The translations under genes and the position numbers were made by a program. A stretch of 64,000 nt of DNA from Cyanophora paradoxa CCMP329. Its lineage: Eukaryota; Plantae; Glaucophyta. Of the stretch, positions 47,606-60,298 are shown one piece after another; position 1 is the first letter of the stretch, and every line of letters starts with the position of its first letter. The stretch lies in contig QPMI01000519.1 in NCBI GenBank assembly GCA_004431415.1, positions 248,001-312,000 of the forward strand, read 5' to 3'. The notes under the pieces were generated by a model. That model worked only from the letters and a program-made list of their open reading frames with translations, was not told the DNA's origin and searched no databases.

Positions 47606-49015
47606 ATGGCGTATAGGTGCTTTGCGGCGACGTTTTACCTCATACTCTTGACTGCTGACGCACAACCCTACAGGACGAACGCAAAGTCGATGTAAGCACT
47701 ACGCCCCTTCGCGTCCCGCCGCTCACTCAGCGACCATTTTTTGTCAGGGCGGGGCTTGTTGACGGCCTCGTGCGGGAGGGCATCGTGAAAAGTAGGAAAG
47801 TCGAAGGCGTGCGCTTCCCGTCGCGGCGCCGATCCGGAACCCTCCGGCGCCCCTAATTAGCTTTTCACCCTCGAGCTCGCGCCTCGTGACGCTTGCGAAT
47901 CGCGGCGCGCTGCGCAGACGTGCTGAGAAGGGTCGACCGCGGCGCATATGTCAAGCATCGCCACGAAGCTTATGAGGACCGGCCATCGGGGATCGGGCAC
48001 GACGTCACGATCAGCGCTCCGCGTGCGCCGTTTAGTTTTTTGGAAGCCTGGCGCTCCGATCGCCGGCGCCGGCGCCAGCCTCGCGCTCATGATGCGCGCC
48101 GGCGCCCAGACATGCACGCGTACGCTCTGGAAGCGCTGGAGGGACACCTTCGCCCCAACTCCCGCGCGCTCGACGTCGGCAGGTGCGCCTTCCTGCGGCG
48201 CCGTCCTCCGTTCTGCGCGCGCGCCCGTCGAGGTCCGAGACCTGCCGCTGCAGCGGATCCGGATTCTTGACGGTCTGCATGGCGCTCATGGGGGCCGCCC
48301 GCGTAATCGGCATCGAGTGCGCCCCGCGATTCGCTGGTTTGACCCGATTTAATCCGCGATCTGATCCCTTTCTCCAGGTGCATCCCCGAGCTGGTGAACT
48401 CTAGCACGGCCGCGGTGCGCAGGGACCACCCCGAGCTCCTCGACAAGGGCCGCATCCGCTTCGTCCACGGCAACGGGTACAACGGCTTCCCCGAGGAGGG
48501 GCCGTACGACGCCATCCACGTCGGTGCGCCCTCGTACCCCCCGGGCCTTCCTTCCCCCTTCCCTGAACGCCCGCGAAGGCGCGGCGGCGCACGACGGGCT
48601 CCCGGCGGCCCTCGTCGAGCAGCTCGCCCCAGGAGGCCGTATGATCATCCCAGTGGGCAGCTCCATCACGGGGCAGAGCCTCGTGCAGGTCCGCTGCCGT
48701 AGGGCGCAAGCAACATAGCTTCCGGGGTGCAGTCCCAGAGTGTGACCGGCCGCGCGGCGCCGGCGCCAGGTCGACAAGAGCCACGACGGCCGCATCACAG
48801 AGACCGATCTCATGGGCGTCATGTACGTTCCCCTCTACCCCCACCCCGAGCAGGTGGCGCCCGTACCCCCCTCCCCTCCCTCCCCTCCTGTCTTCTTAAA
48901 TTCGACATCTTCTCTGCTTCGAATTCTGCGCGACAGCGCGCACTGACGTCGACGTCGCAAGGTGCCGTCGGAGAAGACGCGCAAGCCTACCGGTGGGAAG
49001 CTCTCCGAGTACTGA
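47606..49015 (+). CDS. PIMT: Protein-L-isoaspartate O-methyltransferase
   Basis: Exons VDRGAYV...AYEDRPSGIGHDVTISAPH/MHAYALEAL...ALDVGS/GSGFLT...GIE/CIPELV...GNGYNGFPEEGPYDAIHVG/AAA...LVEQLAPGGRMIIPVG...LVQ/VDK...LMGVMYVPL. TGA at 49013-49015. Confidence 0.96.
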
Positions 49016-50679
49016 GGCCCGGCCTTGAGCTTGCAATTGTACAGACGCCCCCCCTGCCCATGGCCACTGCCAGCACATGTACAGTCGATTGATATATCGC
49101 CGCTCCAATTTTGCACTCGATTCCGATCGAAAGTTCTCCAATTTCGCATTCGATTTCGAATTAGCAATATCTCGCTCGCGAACGTGTATTCGTATTTTCG
49201 ATCGTATACGTAATATTAATATATATACTATCTCGCCCTATAGTTTCTTCTAAATGTTTCAATGTAGGAAGGCCCGCGCGCGCCGGCGCCGCGCCTAGGC
49301 CTGGCGCCGGCCGGCCGCCGGCCGAGCTCGAGCTCGCGATCGGAGAGTCGAGCTCGAGGGCCGGGCGCGCGCGCGCGCGCGGCGCGGGGGCGCCGCGCCG
49401 GCCGCGCGCGCGGCCGGCGCCGCGGCCGGTGCTGCAAGCCTGCAACTGGGCTGCCGGGTCGCAATTGCAATTGCAAGTTCCTCGCAACCCGCGGGCCGCG
49501 GCCGCGCACAGCACCGGTCAAATTGGCGGCGCCAGCCGACGCCTGCACGTACCCCCAAATAAACACATGGGTACCGTAGTACACTTGGGAACCAGCTGCT
49601 TGGCCCGCATGCTGAGCCAACGCCCGGCCGGCGCCGGCGCCGCGCGCCGGCCCCGCGCGCGGTTGCGCCGGGCCCCGAATTGCGAATTCGAAATTTAATT
49701 TTAACGGCTTGTTAATTTACAGAATTAAAAATGTTCATGGAAAGTGCTGCAATTTTAATTATATATTCCGAGCATACGTAATACGTAATGTTCAGCGACT
49801 GGGGTACATATTTGATTTCGTTCACGAGCACTTGCGCGCGCCGACGCCGGCGGCGCCGAGTCGGTTATATATCATAGTACATGCATATGTATATATTATT
49901 ATTAACTATTACATATATGTGTTTTTCACTTCGGCTTATATAGACTCGTAGCTACTAGGCTATAGGTTAACGTTGCAAATTGGCAATTGCAATCGCAAAT
50001 TAATTGCAGTACCATCCCGGAGGCCACGCGTGCACGGCCCCGGGAGCCTCGATCGGGAGTCGGGAAGCCGCCGGAGGCGCGCGCTCCTACCTGCATGGTG
50101 CGCATGCTAGGCTGGTAGCGCAGTGCGCATACGCGTACGAGTGTTGACGTCGCTGCTCAGCGGCTGGGCGTTCCGAAGTTCGACGCGTAGACTCATCGAT
50201 ATCGCCAACCCGGCATCAATTCGCCGACGCAGCAGCAGCGCAGGCTTTCAGCTCGTCGTGCGATTGCGCCCGGCGCGGCCTTGCAATTGGCGAGCAGCAG
50301 CTGTCTTGAGTTTCGGGGGACGCCCTGGAGGTCCGGATCTGGGATGGCGCGGCTTGCCCATCGTCCTTAGGGTGCGATCATTCCCAGTCAAGCATCAGCC
50401 GCAGTGCACCCGGCCCCTCGCCCGCAGTGCCCCGCGCCAGCCGCATGCGCAGGGCCCCGGGCCCCGCGGCCGCCACTTGGACGCATGCGCAAACATTGAT
50501 CGGCATACGGCCGCGGGAGGCGATGCATTAGCTTCTAGCCCTGTCTAGATCTTTGAAGGGGAGAAACAGCTCTAGACTCTGAGAGATTGACAGCGGCGAG
50601 CTGACTGCCGCACCCCGAATGCGCAGGTGCTCTTGACTGCAACTGCGGAGGCCTAGGTGAGCTGGACCGGGCCGCGGTG

Positions 50680-53600
50680 ATGGCAGCGGAGCAGCGAGCC
50701 AGCTCTTTTCGTCGCGCCTCGAGCTCGCCGGTGGCGAGCCTTACGCGTCGGCTTTCGCTCGGCCGCTCCGCGCCGCCCGAAGATGGGCCAGAGCGACGTG
50801 TTTCCTACATTTACACGCCGACACCCGAGCCCGCGGCGCCAGCCCCGGCGCCGGCTCGGCTGCAGGCTCTGAGTGGCCCGCCGGCGGCCGCACTCGAGTC
50901 GGATTCGATCAGGCGACGCGCCAGCATTGCGAGCGCGAGCCTGAGCAACCGCCCCGGCGCCCTCAGCACGGGCTTCGCGTCCGCCTTCGGCCCTGCCGCA
51001 GCGATGGCCAACGGTCCGACTGGCGGGAAGGCGTGGCCGCCGCAGCACGTGACAGCGTTTGACCTTGGGGACCCCGACGGAGGCACAGCCGAGGCCCCCG
51101 CGTACGGCGCCGAGGGCCATGACGACGCCGAGAGCGTTTCCGTGCCGGAGCCGCTCGCCAAGTTCGCGTCGCGTGCCGGTGCCGGCTGGTCCTGGCCAAG
51201 GTGACCCCTTGCGAGATTCAGGCCTCCCGGGGTCCGGTCCTATGCCTGGGCTGACGTCGACCCCCGCCCCGCCCCCTCAGGCCTCCCAGCGGCAGGGAAA
51301 GGCGCCCCGGTCCGCCTCCCCGGGCGGACCCCGCAGACTATATATATATATTCGAGCTCCTCACACTGCGCGCGCGCGCGACGCAGAGTCCTCGATAGCG
51401 CTGGATGCCGGGGTCGTCACCGACTCGCCACCCGACGTTGGCATACCGGGATCGCCCCCCGGACCCGACGTTTTGACATTCCGCAACTTCACGCCGGCGC
51501 TGAACGCCCCCGCGCGGGCCTCGCGGGACGGCCGCGATCGCAACCGGGACCCAGCGTCGGGGCCGGCGCGGCGCGCCTCGACCTCGCGCTCGGGGTCGGG
51601 GTCGCGCCGGAGGAAGGGGCGGGCGGGGCGGCGCTCGCTGCGGGACGGCCTGCGCCAGTGGTGGGCCGACGTGCCCCTCAAGCGCAAGCAGCTCTCCGTC
51701 GTCCTCTTCCTCCAGGCCCGCCCCGCCGCCCCCGCCGCCCCCGCCCCCCGCGAGCTCCCCCGCCCCCGCCCCTGAGCCCCAGGCCCGCAGGCGCTCGCGT
51801 TCTGCGCGATGGTCGCCGTCTTCGCGGCGGTCTTCACGACGGCGCACACCTCGCAGCTCGTCGAGCAGGCGCGCAGCGAGATCCTCATGAACGACATGGT
51901 CTACGGTGCGGCCGCGCCACCGGCGTCGCGGCCCCGCTCGCAGCGCGCCGGCTTGCACCCCCTTGGCCTCCCCGCTCGGCCCCTCACCGCGGTCGCGCAG
52001 ACATCAAAGTGAACCAGATGGGTTTCGGCTACGCCGGTGCGCCCCGCGCCGCCTCTCCGGCCCCCGCAAACACCCGTGTCGAATGCTGATCAAATACCGC
52101 TCTGCCTGTTGCCCCTCCGGACCGCAGGGCAAGCGGAAAACGCGGATATTGTTGAGGCGGCGCGGCGGGGCCCCGCAGACGAGAGCGCGGCGGCAGCAGA
52201 GGCGCGGGCGCGGGCGAAAGCAGCGCTGGTGAACGAGATCGTCCGGCGCGAGATCGAGTGCGTCGCCTCTCGCGTTTAAATATGCAGCGCGCGATATTTG
52301 CGAGAGGCGCTATGGTTTCATCAAATAACTAGGTTTGAATTTCGAGCTGGTCTGATCGTGGCACGCCGCCCGTGGCGCCGCGCAGCGTGTCGAGTCTGGT
52401 GACGGCCGACGCGAAGGCGCCCGTCGTCATCGTGAGCAGCTTCCGGGACAGGCGCGGCGAGGCCCTCGGGCCGCGGCTCGCCGCCCTCGTCGCGCGCGCC
52501 ATCCAGCACAACAAACAGGCGCGGCCCGGCCGACATTCGCAACTCTGCTGCGCTCTCGTCGCGAGCCTCGGGGGCGCGCGTGCGCAGGTGCGGGTGACGG
52601 CGCTGGTCTCGAAGGAGGAGCTGGCGGCCGAGGGGGCGCCCATCTCCGAGCGCTGCCCGCCCCACGCCCTCGTCCGGCCCGTCCACCCTCTAAATTCCTC
52701 CCCGCCGAATAAATTCCGACGCCCGCCGCGCCGCGCAGGATCATCGTTACGCCGGCAAGCAGCAGCCCGCGCCCGAAGGCGCGCGCCGCTCGGACATTGA
52801 CGACGGCACGCGCGCGCGCGCATGCGCAGGTCTACGCGAGCGGGGACAAGTTCAAGCCCGTCGGCGTCCTCGTCGCCGCCGACGTCGTGCGCCCCGCCGT
52901 CGACGGAACTCGCTCGAAGTGCGCGCCGCGCCGCGCCGGGTCCGAGCGGCTGCGCAGGTGAACGGCAAGGGCGCCATTGTGCAGACCGCGATGGCCGCAT
53001 TCAAGTCGGGCCACGTCGCCAGTGCGCCCGCAGCGCTTCCTGCGCTCGAGCTCCCGCGCTCTAGGTCTTTGGCGCGCGCCTCAATTTTGCGGCAGTCTAT
53101 CAGCTGCGGACGCCCGGCTGCCCTCTCAACGACTACAGCTGCTACAGCCTCACCGTCGCCATGGGAGGTGCGGCCGCGCCGTCGGCGATGGTCCCAGCGG
53201 CGTGCACGTGCACGTACACCACGCGATCGCGAGCAGCGTCGCGTGGAGCGCGTGGGCGGTGCTGACGGCGCGGCCCTCGTCCCCGCAGAGGGCGACTCGG
53301 TCTTCCAGAGCAGCTCCCCGATCGAGGAGGCGGCGAAGGGCGTCCTCGTCGCCGCCGCCCGCGCCCCCGTCGCCAGCAGCAAGTCGGCCGCTTTCTACGT
53401 GCGCAGCCGCGCCGCTCTCACGCACCGGTTGTTGGCGTCGACGCCTCACGCTGCGAGGAACGGGCGGGGCGCAGGAGGGGAGCAGCGTGGGGGCGACGGT
53501 GACGGGGGAGATCACGGCGCGGGGCCAGGACTACACGGTGGCCGCCAGCTGCATCCTCGACGAGGGCGACAACGTCGTCGCCTTCCAGGCGCGCACACAT

Positions 53601-56600
53601 CCCGCAGCTGCAGTCGACGGCGCCTCTGACCGCCGGCGGCGGCGGCGGGGCGCAGGTGCGGGGGATGTCGCAGGCGCGGGGCCACGAGTTCCTGCGCAAC
53701 GGCATCGTCGTGTGCGCCGCGACGGGCGTCGCCCTCTTCGCCCTCTCCGCGGCCCTCGCGCTCTGGCTCGGGGGCACCATCCTGGAGCCCCTGCGCGCCC
53801 TCTACGAGGCCGTCGAGGACTTCTGGAACGGTGACTCCGAGCCCCCGCCCCCGCTCCTCGAATTCGACCGCACGTATAGACGCGCTTCCTGCCGGCCTCG
53901 CTGCGGTCCGCTGATCGTCGGCGCCGGGGCCGTCGGGGCGGGGGCAGACGAGTCGTCGATCTCATCGCGGCAGACGATGGGGCGGGCGTTCAGCCTGCGG
54001 GCGCAGGGGCGGGACGAGATCGGGCGCCTCACGGGCGCCTTCGGGCGCATGGCCTCCCGCATCAGCGAGGCCCGCCCCGCCCCGCCCGACCCGAGCCGCC
54101 GCCTCCGCCTCCCCGCGCTGGCTGACCGTCGCGCCATCGCTGCCCGCCCCGCGACACGCGCAGGCGTACTCGCGGATGCACGAGTCGCGGGTGAAGGCGG
54201 CCAACGAAGAGTACCGCACGCGCCTCATCATCGAGACCTCCAACGACGGTGCGCCGCGCGCCGCGCCCCCTTCACATTTCCTCCTTTGGCTCCAGCCTTT
54301 GCCGCGTCGCTCGGCCCCGCGAGCCCTGCCGACTCGCTTCCCTATCGCAGCCGTCTTCGTGATCGGGACGGACTGCGTGGTGCGCTGCCCGCCCTCCCCC
54401 GCGCCCCGCTCGCCCCCCGCCCGCCCCCCTCGAGCCGAGCCAAACGCGCCCGTGCGCGGCGGCAGGTGATCTCCTGCAACCACAGCGCCGTCCAAATGTT
54501 CGGGTACACCTCCGACGAGGTGCACGCCCCCCGTCCGACTCGCTCGGCCAGCGCGCCCCGCTCTGAGCAGCGGGGCCCCCAGCTCGTCGGCCAGAACGTG
54601 AACAAGATCATGCCCCCGGAGATCGCCGCCCAGCACGACTCCTACGTCAAGAAGTGAGTCTCGGGCCTTTGATTTCATAGCTGTACTGTAACATCGACAT
54701 TAGCTATCTATCGCGCTGACTGGCCGGATCTCGCGCGCGCGCGCGCAGGCGGGTGACGAGCGGGCGGACGCTGCAGTCGCGGTTCGCGATCGTGCAGGGG
54801 CAGCGGCGCACGGGCGAGGTCTTCCCCCTCGAGCTCTCCATCAGGTGGGCCCCGCAAGGGGGCACGGGCGCGCCCCCGGCCCCCGCTCGAGCCGCCCTCA
54901 CGCGCCCCGCAGCGAGATGAAGATCGGGGACGAGCACCTCTTCGTCGGCATGCTCCGCGGTCCGCGCGCCCTCCCCCGCCCCTGCCCCGCCCCGCCCCGC
55001 CCCGCCCCGCCGCTGTTTTAGCCCGCAGCTCGCTCGTCGCACTCCTCTGGCGTCCGATTCTTCCGCCCGAGCATCGCGAGCGACGTCTGACCTCGCGCCC
55101 CCCCGGCAGACATCACGGAGCGGAAGGAGATGGAGCGGCAGCTCGAGCGGGAGCGCCAGCGCGCCGAGAACCTCCTCAAGAACATGCTGCCCCCCTCGGT
55201 GAGCGAGCGCCGGCGCCGACCTCTTCACCGCGGGCGCTCGCCGCGCTGACGGGCCGCCCCGGGCAGATCGCGGAGCGGCTGAAGGACATGGCGGAGAGGG
55301 AGGCGGCCAAGGCGATGCGCTCCCGCCGCCAGTCCAAGGCCTACGGGCCGGGCTCCCCCATGTGCGCCTCCTCCTCGCCGCCTCTCGTCCCGGGTTGGGG
55401 TGGGGGGAGGCTGCCCGTGCTGACCGGCGCGCGCGTGGGGCGGCAGCGTCGGGAACGCGGCGCTCAACTCGGACGACGAGCTGGAGCCCCTCCCGGGCGC
55501 CCCGGGGCCCTCCTCCCGCCCGGGCCTCCACCGGGGCAGCCTGGACTCGAGCTCGAGCGGGCTGGGGCCGCGGGGCAGCCTGCGGAACATCGACCGGCAG
55601 CTGCTGGAGGGCGCCCTCACCATCGCCGACCGCTGCGACAATGTACCCGTCCTCTTCGCCGACATCGTGCGGGCCGCCTTCCCTTTCCAACCCTGCTCGA
55701 GGCCCGCCGGCCGCCCCCCGCTGAGGGGCCGGGCGCGCCTCCAGGTGAACTTCACGCCCCTCGCGAGCTCGATGGCCCCGGAGCGCCTCGTCCAGCTCCT
55801 CAACAGTGCGCGCGCCCCTGGCTACAGGCGCCTCCCCCGGCGCGGCCCGCTGAGGGGCCGGCCCCGCCCAGCTATCTTCATGGAGTTCGACGGCCTGGTG
55901 GAGCGGTTCGGCCTGGAGAAGATCAAGACGATAGGAGGTGCGGGGGCGAGGGCGGGAGGGGCCCCGCCGCCGCCGCCGCCGCGCCTCGCCCCGACGCGGC
56001 GCTCACCGCGGGGCGCCCCCGCGGCAGACGCGGTGATGATCGCCGGGGGCGTGCCCCCGGAGCTCCCGGGGGCCTTCCAGGCGCCCGAGAGCCGCAACAG
56101 CTCGGGGTCGGCGCGGCGCATGAACCGCGCGCGCCTCGCCTCCGGCGAGAGCGACCTCATCGACGCGCGCGCCGAGCCGCCCATCGTCCGCATGGCGGTG
56201 CCCCCTCTCTGTCCTTCCCTCCCTTGCCTCTCGGCCGAGCGCGCGCGCCGCGCAGCGCCTGGCGATCGCGATGCAGGAGTCGATCGCGCGGTTCAAGGGC
56301 GCCGACGGGCAGTCCTTCCGCATCCGCATCGGCATGCACGTCGGCACCGTCATCGCCGGCGTCATCGGCAAGCGCAAGATCATGTACGACCTCTGGTGCG
56401 CGGCGCCGTCCCCCCGTACCCCCATCCCCTTCCGCCCCCCGGCGCTGCCCGGGTCTCATCGGCCGTCTTCGTAGGGGGGACACCGTCAACATAGCGTCGA
56501 GGTCCGGACCGGCCCCACGGCGCGTCCCTCGGCGCGCGGGGCGGGCACTGATGGGCGGGCGGGCCGGGGGTGCAGGATGGAGTCCTCGGGCGAGCCGGGC

Positions 56601-58984
56601 CGGACGCAGGTCTCCGAGGAGTGCTTCGCCATCCTCAAGGGCAAGTTCGCGTTCGAGGTGCGCCCGTACCCCCCGCCCCACTCGTCCCCCGCCCCGGTCG
56701 CCACCCCCCCGCGCCCCGCGCCGCGCGGCATGGCCCGACGGGGCGGCGGGGCGCAGGACCGGGGCACGATCTTCGTGAAGGGGAAGGGGGAGCTGCACAC
56801 GTACTTCCTGCTGAGCGCGCGGGGCCCCGGGGCCGCCAGCGATCGCCGCCTCCCGGACTTCTCCTCCGTCCTCCGCGCCCCCGAGGACCAGCACCCCATG
56901 CAGATCACCGTCCGCCGCGCCTCCGCCCTCACGGTACCCCCCCCCCCCCCCCCCCCGCCCTTCCCCTGATTGAGCCCCGCTAGGTTGGATCCGAGGCGGA
57001 AGAGGAGGAGAGGGGCAGGGATGCAGAGCGGGAGGGCAGCGTCATCCGGAGCCTCGAGTCGGTCCGCGGGCCCCCATGCCCAACTCGGCGTTCAGCCCCT
57101 TCTCGGAGCTCATCGATACCCTCCTCCACCCCGCAGATCGGCCCCGATCTCGAGGGCGTCGATTTCACGGTGTGGAGGTACCCCCCATCTGCTCTCCCCC
57201 AGCTCGTCCGGACCATGCTCGACCGCCTTGGGGTACGTGCACGCGCTCGCGCTTCCGATCTGATCCCGTACCCCCCTCACACCCGCTTTCGCCGCAGCTC
57301 ATCAGCGCATGCAAGATCAGGACGCAGGAGCTCAGCGCGTTCATAGAGATCGCCCTCTGCTCCTACAGCGAGAAGAACCCGTTCCACGTGCGAGGCCGAT
57401 CAAATCTGAGCGGGCCCCGCGCGGATTCGAACCCGGGCTCTCAGGACGCGTTCCACGCGGCGGACGTGATGCAGTTCGTGTACTGCTGCCTGACGACCGT
57501 CGTGCGGGGCCGGTGCGGCCTTTGCTCCGAGCTAAGCTGGTGGAGCTATAGCTAAGCGGGCGGGCCTCGCCCGGGGTGCAGGGGAAACCGGAGCCCGCGG
57601 AGCCCAGTGCTGATGGGCGCCCCCTCGAGCTCCTCGTCGGGGCCCTCGCCGTCGGCCCCCGGCTCGGCGCGGCGCTCGCAGCAGCCGGCGGCGGCCGTCC
57701 TCCGGGAGCTCGACCACGTCGACATGCTCGCCCTCCTCGTCGCCGCCCTCTGCCACGGTGCCCCCTCCCTCTCCCTTCCTTTTCCCTCCTTCTCCCTCCT
57801 CTCGCTGAGGGCGGGGTGTCTCAGACCTGGAGCACCCGGCGGTGTCGAACGCGTTCCTGGTGCGGACGCGGGCGCCGATGGCGCTGACGTACGCGAACTC
57901 GTCGCCGCTGGAGCGGCACCACGCCTTCCGCTGCCTGGCGCTGCTCGAGCGCAAGGACCTCGACATCGCCGCCGGCCTCCTCCCCGAGCAGCGCGCCCGC
58001 TTCACCCAGGCCCGCCCCCGCCCCCGGCCCCGCGCCCCGCCCCCTCCACCCCGCCCCTAACCCTCCAAGAGCCATTCGCAACTCTTGGCCCGCCCGCCCC
58101 GCGCCGCCTTGGCCTCGCTGACGTGTCGAGCGCCCGCAGCTGGTGCTGGACACGATCCTGGCGACGGACATGACCCTCCACGGCGAGTACATGACCGCCG
58201 TCCGCGCCCGCTTCGCCCCGGTGCGCCCCGAGCCACCCAGCGATCGCGAGCCTAGCCTCGGCTGGCCAGGGCACGCTCCCCAGAGCCCGCGCCCTCCATC
58301 CCCCTCCGCCTCGACTCGAGCCTAGTCTCGCTCGCCCTCCGCGCGGGCCGGCCCGGCGGGCCTGACGGGGGGGGGCAGGGGGAGGGCGGGCACGGGCACG
58401 GGGCGGCGGAGCCTGCGCGCTCCCGCTTCTCCCACCTCGACGACCGCACCCTCCTACTCGGCCTCCTAATCAAGGTACCCCACCCCCCCCCCCCCCCCCC
58501 GAACCGCCGCGGCTCAGCTTATCGTTCCCTTCCGCTTCCGCAGTGCGCCGACCTCGCGAACGGCTCTCGAGGCTTCGAAAACTCTCGCCACTGGGCCGAG
58601 CGCATCCAGCTCGAGTTCTTCGGTGCGCACGTACCCCCCGCCCTCGGATCCCCCCGCCCGATCCCCCGCGGCAGAGCAAGGGGCGCTGGAGGCGGAGCTG
58701 GGGCTTGACGTCACGCCGGGCTTCCTGGACAACGGCGAGCCGGAGCTGCTCAACGCCACCCGCCAGGTACCCCCACGCGAATGGCGGTACCCCCCCTTTC
58801 ATCTGACCCTTCTCCCCCGCAGGTGGGCTTCCTGTCGGCGGTGACGGTGCCGCTCTTCGAGACGCTGGCGGGCCTGGTGCCCGAGGTCGGGAGCGAGTTC
58901 GCCGCCAACGCGCGCGCCAACGTCGCCCGCTGGCGCGAGGCCGCCGACGCCCTCCGCTCCAAGTCCCTCCTCAAGCCCTCCTGA
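50680..58984 (+). CDS. Multidomain receptor: TM-extracellular sensor-TM-HAMP-PAS-adenylyl cyclase (class III)-cyclic nucleotide phosphodiesterase (class I)
   Basis: TM1 about 51690-51850. Sensor DIKVNQMGFGYA/GQAENA...VGVLVAADV/VNGK. TM2 about 53700-53780. HAMP EPLRAL...RDEIGRLTGAFGRM. PAS NHSAVQMFGYTSDE/LVGQNVNKIMP...GEVFPLELSI...FVGMLR/DITERK. Cyclase VLFADI/VNFT...EKIKTIG/DAVM...IRIGMHVG...YDLW/GDTVNIASR/MES...VKGKG. PDE NPFH/DAFHAADV...ALCH/DLEHPAVSN...LERHH...ILATDM...IK/CADLAN...EFF/EQG...Q/VGFL. TGA at 58982-58984. Confidence 0.93.
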
Positions 58985-60298
58985 TCTCGATCATGAGCTT
59001 TGCGGGACAGTCCGAGGCCCATTTATCGTTATTTGCCCAGTTTCGCTGTAAAGAGAATACGTAGCACGTATATGCATGCCCCTGCAGCTGTTCAGTTACC
59101 CTGTTTTATTGCAGGCTTCAATCGCTGTTCATGATCAGCGATCACTCTGTGTCATGTCGTGTACTGCAGACATAGTATTAGTATGCCGCAGTGCACCCCA
59201 TTTTGCGAGCTGTTTGTATTTATGTGTATATATTTAGATCTGTCATAGTATAGTACCGTAGTACTATTTGAGAGTTTAAGATGAGATCAGCTAGGCCTAG
59301 GTACTGGCTTGATTTAGTGATCTAGGGGACCACTCACGATAATAGACCCATTGTCGAAACTCGTTACACGGCCAAAGGGCTCATGTGATGGTCAGGAGTT
59401 CATCGGTTCCATTCTTTATTTATTATAGATTAAGTAATAACTAATTTCGCCCTTCGCATAGTCGATCAATCACCGCTCCCCGATGTATAATCAGTTTCTT
59501 ATCCGTACTGTGTGAATTTTTTTCTTGAGAATTCTTCTTCGTGATTAGCCAGGCCACGATTTTCGCACTCAGCAGTTTCAGATTTGCTTGCTTCGAATTC
59601 GAACTCTGGATTCAATGAGTTCTGTAATCCCTTGTTTGCCAGCTTTGATTAGGCCGTAGACTTCACGTGCTAGTATACTATTCATTACTTCCAGTGTAGC
59701 TTCGATTCCAGGCCGCTGTAGCTGGACATGTCACAGTTCACGTGTAGCCTATAGCTAGTATAGATTGTAATTGGGAACTTGCTGAATATTTTTTTGTGTT
59801 ACGTATACGTCGAAAATCCTGCTGCGGGGGCGAGAGTGCTAGCTAGCGTATATTCTAGATCTAGATCTATGATAGCGCGCTCCGGAGCCTGGCCATGGGA
59901 CCATGTCGCAATTTTGCAATGTGCAGCTGCAGCTGCGGCTGCATGCGCAGCTGCATTTGAATTCGCAGCGCGAGCGACTCGGCGACCGCGCGCGCCGGGG
60001 CGACTAGTACTGGGCCGGCGCCATGCATGCGCGTAGCATATAGTGCGCATACATTTGCGCATGCGAACCCCAGTCAATCGATCAACCTATAGCTATGACC
60101 GATAAGATCTAGAAACTCATGCATATGCGCGCCGCGCGCGCCGGGGCGGGGACATGCGGTGGGGGGATGCAACCCGGCGCAGTCCGGGCGCCGAAGCCGT
60201 TAGCTATAGCATGAGGTGTAGCGCGCCTTACGGCGCGCCGCGCGCGGCCAAGGGGGGTACACCCACCATAGATCCAGGGGTGACCGGGATGAGATAGG

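Noticed and set aside
54704-54712. 9-nt micro-exon (NYLS) that would improve the PAS consensus
   Set aside because: It needs a 36-nt downstream intron whose only branch-like CTGAC lies 3 nt from the donor. Direct splicing of 54654-54748 is already in frame.
59040-59800. AT-rich block as a DNA transposon or organellar insert
   Set aside because: No terminal inverted repeat pair, TSD or recognisable coding or RNA sequence found by eye.
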